Positions 52,301-61,300 of a DNA stretch of 64,000 nucleotides are shown piece by piece. The number at the start of each line of letters is the position of its first letter. The first letter of the stretch is position 1. The notes beneath the pieces are model-generated. The model searched no databases, was not told the DNA's origin, and saw only the letters and a list, made by a program, of their open reading frames with translations. The stretch lies in assembly GCA_965153285.1 (NCBI GenBank), contig OZ229110.1; one strand, 5' to 3'. The DNA comes from Podarcis tiliguerta. Taxonomy: Eukaryota. Made by a program: the position numbers and the translations under genes.

Positions 52301-55300
52301 GCAGTTTCCATTTATATTTGATAACAGTAAGTGAAGATTTAACACACCTGGATAGTCCAGAATGTTTATTCAGCAAACTCTCAGAAAAAAAGGTTTTGAA
52401 AATGTTTTGAACGCTTTTCTAGTAAGACTTACATTCATCGTTGCTTCTCATCTGTTTATTAACATGCTCCAGTTTCCAATCCCTTTTTCCGTTGCAGCAT
52501 TCAATAATTTCACATAAATATTTTTTCAAGCTTTTCTTGTGCACAGAAACTCCCTTTAACAGGGCCACCCTTTTCTTCAGACAATCAAATGTGCAATCTG
52601 TCTTGCAGGAAAGTGTAGGCTGGCACATCCCAGAAGCTAAACTAGCACAGACACACCCAAGCTGGCAGGTGCCACTGTGTGCTGGATCTTGGCTGCTGGT
52701 TATCTTACAGGTAGGCTTGCTTTTGAGTGAAGGCTGAAAGAATATACAAATATGTATCTCAAGAACCTACAAGAACCTACAAACAACAGATTTTGAACAA
52801 ACGTAAGGTATAAGATCAATTACACAACACTTTATGATACATAATTTATACCTTGTCCTCAACTGGATGGTATAAAAATGCACAAAAGATGAAGGGAAAC
52901 AGGATTGTACCCCGTGTGTAACAGAAAGTGAAAACTAACATCCAATAGCCTTTTAAAACACAGAACATGGAAGCATTAATGTTCAAGATTATCAGGGGGG
53001 GGAAGCGGACTGTTCTGTGCAATTTTCATTTGTTTCTTCTGTTCTTAATACTGTTTAGAGTCTGATCACAGAAGTTCTTCTAAGCAGGCTAAAAGCAAGC
53101 CAATTTGATCATCATTCTGCAAGCAGCAGTCTTGCTTAGGGTTCCACAAGGGTCATTCACTAGACTGTTGGTTCAGAATTGCAAAGAAGTCTTGCGAGAC
53201 TCGCCAGACACTTTTTGTTGAATAAAATGGATTTGTCTTGTGCATGGGAACATTAGAATCCTACCTCCCCCCAGCAATGGTCTTTTATAGGACATTAACG
53301 CAAATAAAGTGTAATTATAAGAAGAGCGTGCTGCAGCAGGCCAACAGCCCATCTAGTCCAGCTTCCTATTCTCACAGTGGCCAACAAGATGCCCGTGAAA
53401 AAATGTGCAAGCAGGAGCCAAGTACAAGAGCATTCTTTCCCATCTGTGGTTTCCAGCAACTGGTGCTCAGAAGCATTACTGTACAGTCATGCCTCGGGTT
53501 ACAGATGCTTCAGGTTGCATTTTTTCGGGTTACGGATCCGCCGAAACCCAGAAGTACCAGAAAGGGTTACTTTCGGGTTTCGGTGGCCATGTATATGTAG
53601 AAGCGCTAAATCACGCTTTGCGCATGCGCAGAAATGCCAAATTGCAACCCGTGCGTGCACAGACACGGCACTGCAGGTTGCAAACGCTGCGGGTTGCGAA
53701 CGTGCCTCCCGCACAGATTGTTCGCAACCCAAGCATCCACTGTACTGCCTCCACAGCTGTGGAGACAAAGCACAGCTATCATGGCGAGAAGGCAATGACA
53801 GCCTTTTCCTCCGTGAGAGTTACAAAGGAAGGCAAAGGACGCGGCCATTTCAACTTACCTGAGGGCTAAGCAGAGATGCTAGAGATAGGTCTGCTCGCTC
53901 TTTGGTAATGCAAGTCCGTGGCTTCCCATTCTGCAATGCACGACCTTCCAATTCCATTAACTCCACCGGAACCTGCTTATAAATGAATTAATGTCACCAC
54001 AATTTTACCTGAATCTGAGCACAGAGTATCAACTCTCTGTATATATATATTGCACATAGTGATATTTGGTCCTGCTCCTACTCAGACTAAACCTTTTGAA
54101 ATTCATGGACATTACTAACTTAGGTTCGTATATTTCAATGGGTCTACTGTGAGCCAGACGTCACCTGAATACAAGCCTAAATTGGTTTAGAAATGTGAAA
54201 ACAAATCCCAGAAGTTACAGGTCACACACCGTGAACTTATGAATAATTCTAATGCATGAAGACAATAGAGGTTCCTTTCTTTTCTTACGCTAATCTTACT
54301 CTGCCAGTTACATTGCATGTGAAACAGAATTAAGAAATCCTAATGGCCCATTTGAATTTTGCAGATGATCTGCAAGGACATGGTGGTGAAATAAAAATGG
54401 ACATGTTTTGCCTTGTAATTTCTGAATGTAACTTCTTTACTATGCAGCAGATATGTATACTGAGTTATGTATTTCTCTTTGTTTTTCATGCTTTTTCCAA
54501 AAACCAATGACATATACCTTCCCCACCTCCTGCAAAATAGTCAAAAAAGGATTGCAAAAGAAAAATGACTTGTGAGTGCGTGGGTCCATTTCTAGCATAT
54601 GCATATCTAACCAACGACTAAATGGTAAAGATTATTGAAGCTTACCTGAGAGACGATCAAAGTATCCAGAGAAAGGTCTGCCCATTCTTCAGTAATACAG
54701 GTTTGTGGCTTCCCATCCCTCAAAGCACAATCCTCCAGCTCCATCAGTTTCATCTGAGATAAATGCAGTGGTGGACAGCTACTCTGTTTTGGCTGCTGTG
54801 CTTGACGCACAGTTATTTGCTTTCTCTGTATGTTTCCATCTAATTCTGGCACATGAACATCGTCATCCACTTGGCTATATGATCTAGACCTATTGATGTT
54901 CTCTAAGGCAGAGAAATCATGCTCCTGCTTTGCCAGAACAGGTAAAGGCACTGTAAACTTTTTGGAAGATTTTACCCTGCCTCGAAAAGTTGTTTGTTTA
55001 TTCTTAGTTTTTCTTCTCCTTCTAAAAACGGAAGGCAGAGAAAGAGGCTTGAAAGCATAAGTGCTGGATGGAGTAATGATGGGTTTCTTCTCTGGAACTT
55101 TATTGAGGGCTTGAGCACAGCTGGTACCTTTGGACGGAATCCGGCAATCCATGGGATAACTAAACAAGCTTGAAGAGAATCCCGCACTTTCCATTAGCTT
55201 CCCTTCCCTTTCCAAATATTTGTCCAGTTTATCGCTGCAGAAGGCAGATCGGTTCTTCAGTGAGTCCTCTAAAATGCTACCTGAATTAATCCAGAAAATG

Positions 55301-58300
55301 ACATAGAGAAAGAAGTCAAGCACAACCTCTGAAAATACATCAATCCCAGTTCCGGCAGAAAAGGAAACTCACAAAAGTTTATCTAAAAATTCTCAAAAGA
55401 TCTCCTTTTCTGCAGCATCACGAAGGGAAAATATATACAAAATCAATGCCCTACCTTCCTGCTTAGAAGTGTTGTTAAGTCTTCCTTGCCAGCCTTTTAT
55501 CTTTCTAAAATCATTGGTTTTCCCAGTCTTGGAAATGAAGGAAAGGGCGGTATCTAGAAATGAAGGTAGCAAAGCAAGTTTATTAACGAGGCACAATATT
55601 CCTATCTATAAACAACGGTATATATATTCAACTAAAAACTAATTATCACATGCATTTGCTGTAAGGGGTACTCAACAAGTGACAAGGGCCAGAGTAATAG
55701 CGAAGTTAATTCACCAAAAATTCCTTCTAGAAAATAATAACTAAAATAAGAACAGTCACGTCCTTCATTCCCAGAGGGCTCTACAGTTGCACATACTATA
55801 GAGAGCACTCCATTTTCCTCCAGAGATGAACCTTAGCCTTCTTCCCAAACTTGGATCTAGAGAAAGGGGAGACAGGAGTTTCCCTACAGCTGCCTAGCAC
55901 TTCGGAACACGGCTGTATGAAGCCCAGTACAGCTGCAAGTACGATCTCTCTCAAGCTTTAAGGTTGGGAAGAAATCTGGGGGTTGTTTTGGTGTTCCACC
56001 TCCACAGCACTCCAAACACCTCAAAAATATGGTGGCAAAATGTATGTACCCCCCACAAAGTCTCATCTGAACAGTCAGACCTAACAATGCACAATTTACA
56101 TAATTTATAGCTTTGTTCTATACTGTTTGCATCGTGCGGTGATAATGTAATTTACTAAGACAATGGTTGTACATAGAAAATACAATGAATGGGTTTTTTA
56201 AAAAAGTTTGCAAACCAACAAGCCCCAGCCTTGCTTTCTGGAGTTGGGAGTGCTGAGACTGCTGTCTGCCATGAAGTTTCAAGCTCCAGTCTTCCTCTCC
56301 AGCAGGAACTAGAAAGGGGGACACAGACTGCCCTCTCCATTGCTTCCAAGACTCTCTGAAATGCAACTGTGCGGACAACATATCCTGCCATCTCCCTGTC
56401 CCAAGCTGGAGAAGAGGGCCAGAATATTCCCACAGGCTGGAACTCAGATGGAGAGCATGGGTTGTGCCTGACCTCGTTCTGTGATGCAGCATAAGGTCAG
56501 AAGTGAAACCCCATGACTTGTGAAGTGAAACTCTCATAATATCTGGCTGGCCAACAAAGGGCAGCCGGGTCTTATGGACTCTGCTTACCATTCTAACATT
56601 TCAAAAAGATACATTATATTTACCTTGACAACTGAGATCTGTCACTTGGTTTTCCCCAAATACATAATCCTTTGAAGGTCTCAGGGGAAGCTGCACACCC
56701 AAATATTTCAGGTCAATGCTAAGTGTTGGGTCCACGGAAACCAACTTCAGCCCCACTAGAAGAAGAATACCCATGTTAGAGATCTTTAAAAGCATGAAGA
56801 AAGGCAGGGTGGCCAGTGGTTGCCAAACTAGCACACATGAAAGTCTTTGCGGGCAGGCCTCCCAAACTGAGCTTTCGTAAATGTCTCTAGCCCTCTTAAA
56901 AAGAAAGGTATAAAACAAAACGTGTACTCTTCTAAGTAATTCATTTGAAATGAGTCACCATGGCTCCTCCTACCTCTCAGTGTTTTTGGCCAAGGAGCAA
57001 GTCAGAGCTGTGATTGATAAGTGAGTTGTTTAGACACCAGGCAGCAGGAATCCATGGGTCCTAAAGAGTTGCTGTTTCACTTCCTATACACAGTCGTACC
57101 TTGGTACTTGAACACCTTGGTACTCGGACGTTTTGGCTCCTGAACGCCGCAAACCCGGAAATGAGTGTTCCGGTTTGTGAACATTTTTCGGAAGCCGAAC
57201 ATCCAACGCGGCTTCCAATTGAGTGCAGGAAGCTCCTGCAGCCAATCGGAAGCCGCACCTTGGTTTTCGAACCATTTCAGGAGTCGAACGGACTCCTAGA
57301 ACAGATTAAGTTCAACAACCAAGGTATGACTGTAGTGTAGTTTTCCTGCTCCCGTCTTATTTTCTAATGAAATATCCTTAGTTTGTCTTTTGTTTTAACC
57401 TAGCAACAAGGATGCACCTTTCTTATAGGGTGTTTGTCTGATTCTGTAGACCCTAGGAGTTATTTTCTGCAAATACTACAGCAAATAAGAGTGGGTAGAC
57501 ATTAAATATCCCTACTTCCTCGAAAAGGCAAATGTGAAAACTTCACAAAGAGGTTGAGGTCTGCTGTACAGGAACTAAAAACCTGACATTCATTAAGAAT
57601 TTGCTGAATAGTTAACTTAAAGCACAATGGTATTTAAGCCTACTCAGAAGTAAGTTTCTGTGTTTACTGGAGCTTACTCTTGGGTAAGTGGGTTCACTGA
57701 TAGCAGCCTAGGCTTTGATTTAGGCTTGGCATTTGAGAAAAACATGGTTCTTGTGATGGGCAGAAATTCAGGTAAAGCCTTTTCTAGTATGGAAATGCAA
57801 TTATTATAAGAGCTTCACTGCGCCAGTACTCTCCAGTTTGGGTTGTGTCATGCTCCCCACATCAGCCATTTCATGACTGGTGCCCCCAGCACTCTCAAAA
57901 TTCGAAATGTGCTACTAGTTTAAAAAGGTTGGCGACCTCTGAGAGAATCTATAAGCCACCAACTCCCTCAAGCACAGGTGAAGGGCTCTAATACGAATGT
58001 GGGCAGCATTCATTAATACAGTGGTACCTTGGTTTACGAACCTAATCCGTTCTGGAAGTCCGTTCTTAAACCAAAGCATTCTTAAACCAAGACATGCTTT
58101 CCCATAGCAGTGGGGGGCTCAATTTACAAATGGAACACACTCAACAGGAAGCGGGTCATGTTCTGCTTCCAAGGCAAAGTTCACAAACCAAAACACCACT
58201 TCCCGGTTTGCAGCATTCTTAATCCAAGTTGTTCATAAACTAAGCTGTTCTTAAACCAAGGTACCACTGTACAATGCATCAAAGTTTAGCTGAATAGACC

Positions 58301-61300
58301 ACAGAGAACACACATGAGAAACAATATCTGAATACTATGTTCTAAGGGCGATATCAAACTAAACCGTTCTGTACAGCTCAGTCACTTCTGGCTGTACAGT
58401 GGAACTCCCCTCTCCCCTCTCTGTATTCCCCTGAAATCGGTTATGGTTCTCCCTCAACCCTTCAGAACATTTTGTTTGGGGTGGCATGAAGAGAGGAGAG
58501 GGACGAGAAGTTATGTTGCACGGCCAAAACTGTGCTAGCCGAACTGTTTTGTTAGATGCTGCTCTAGATAACTATCACAGCAGCTGCGGAATCTATTGCT
58601 GATAACATACCTTCTTGAAGACTAGGATGTATCACTTGTCTGTGCCTGAACGACTTCAAATCTTCTAAGAGCTTTGTTTCCAGAAGTTGTAGGTTTATTT
58701 GAGAGTCTGTCATAGAACAAAAAAGTATTATTGACACATACAAATACAAAAAAAGTGTATCACATTCTAACATACAAATGGTAAGAATGTGATACACTTT
58801 AAAAAAACAAAAAACCTACTGTTTGCTTAGCAGTCTTAATTTCTCCTGCACTAAGGCGGCCCCATCAGTGTCAAGAGTACCTGAATCATATGTAGTCAGG
58901 AAGGAAGCTTCTCCATTCTGTAGTCCTTCTCTTCCCCCAATTTTATCAAGTCTGTGTTTATCAAGAACTTCCTGTACATAAAGAGGGACTACAATAAGTG
59001 TTAAATGCTTAAGCAAAAGTGGCCTAGACACCCTACCAAGAGTCAAATTAATCTTAACAAGATTTAATACATACTAGAGCTGAATAAAATGGTCTGGATT
59101 TTAAATTCTGCATGATCACATACAAAAGGCAAGGTCACAAGTACATAAAAAGAACACCCTGCTGATTCGACCAGCGGCCTATCTTGTCTAGTGTGCTGGA
59201 TGCCTATGAAAAGCCCAAATGCACACTTCCCCTGATATTGGAGTTAATATATAAGTCATTAACATCGCCTTCTCCTCCACAAATTCACCCTTTTAAAGCC
59301 ATCCACACTGACAGCCATCACTTCATCTTGTAACAGAAAATTCCATTGTTTTTACTATGTACTGAATGAAAAAGTATTTCCTTTTGTCTGCCTTGAATCT
59401 TCCCACATTGAGCATCATTGGATTGCTCTGGGTTCTAAGTATTCTGAGAGGGAGAAAGAAGTCTGCCTGTCCACTTCTCCACACTATAATTTTTACACAC
59501 ACCCATCACATCCCTTCTTAACCCATGTTTTTACTAGACTAAAAGCCCCAAATGTTGTAACTTATCAGTGAGCTGCCACAGTCCCCACTTTGGTTGCCCT
59601 TTCCCAACTCTGTAGCATCCTTCTTGAGGTGCGAACACAACCGTACACAGAACTCTCCAAATACGGTTGCATCACAGGTTTATAGAAAAGGATTATGGCA
59701 CTGACAATTTTATTTTTTATTCCTTTCCTGATGATACCCAACATGGTCTAGACACTCACATTCAGAGCTATTGAAACTGAAGAGCGTGAGCGTCAAAGCA
59801 TAGAGGTCCCGCCACCCCAAACCTGCAATTTTCACAATTAAAAAAAGAAATGCACATTTAGCTTTCAATCTGTCTAGTATAAACTATGCTAGACAATATT
59901 AAATTTAAATGAAAGATTTACCTTTGATGCAAAGGATGCAAAGAGGACTCCATCTATATCCTCGTAATCAAGCACGAGCTCTGGCTTGGCAAAATCTGGT
60001 CCCACATTGCTTGTCATAGCAGACTTTGCTGTGAATTTCAGGGATGGTTCAGTCTCAATCACTTTACGTGGTCTTCCTCTTTTAGGTGGACCAAACAACA
60101 CATAATCTGCTTTCTTATCAAGACCCCTTCCCAACACAGCCTTCTTGACTACATTTTTCTCTTTTCTTCCATGAATAAATTTGGTTGACGTAGGGGGCAA
60201 GAGGTTGAAACTCATTGCTTTTTTTGTTACCATATGGCTGCTGTATGTTTCAGTATTTATCCATTGCGCATCTTTGCCCAAATAACATTTCTCTGTGTTA
60301 TTGCTTCTGAAATGAAGTTCTTTATGTTTTGCTTCCACAACTTTAAGCGGGCTAGCTAGTTTGTTATTTTCAAAACAGACAGGCAAAGAATTTACTGAAT
60401 GATTATTCAAAGAAGACTTCTGTGTCTTATAAGAAGACAAAAGAGCTTCAAGAACAGAGATGGTCATATTCTTGGTGGTACCACAGCACTTTAAGGAGGC
60501 ATCAGGCACTGTCCCACTACCCAATTTTAAAGTTTTGTCTTTGGCAACGCTCTGTGGTTGCTTGTGGGATTCAAGGTCCACTTCTCTTCTTCCTATTTCA
60601 TCACAGTTTTTCTCCAACTGTGTCTCTGAAATCTTGTTTCTATCTCTACAGAAATATTTTTCTGTTGCTTTATCAGTGCCTTCCCGGTTCATGAGTATCC
60701 TCTCTGTATGTACCCTTGGCCCATAAACATAGTAATCTACAGGCTTATCTTTAATGGATATACGGATATCATCATTTGAGTTCAGCTGTGATTTCACACG
60801 GGAATCCCTTTCACAAGCTGTTGGACTGGAGAAAGGAAAACAAAAACTAGATCAATGTAATTGCAGAAATTAAATAATATCCTAATAAATTTATTTTGTC
60901 CAGTTTATCATGCATTTGTATAAAAATTATGTATCTGTTATTGCTAAGTAATGCAAAACCCTAATGGCTGTGCAGTTTATATATAGCTTTAGCAGCTTCC
61001 ATTACTAGTGTGAAAGTAAATCAGCCTTCCTTTATCCATCAATCAATACATACATCATTCAGGTTATCTGTGATACCATATATATTTTCTAAAGCAATAC
61101 ATTTGCTGGATGAAGAGTTTGGATTTGATATCCTGCTTTATCACTATCCTAAGGAGTCTCAAAGCGGCTAACAATCTCCTTTTCCCCTCCTCCCCCACAA
61201 CAAACACTCTGTGAGATGAGCGAGGCTGAGAGACTTCATAGAAATGTGACTAGCCCAAGGTCACCCAGCAGCTGCATGTGGAGGAGCGGGGACACGAACC

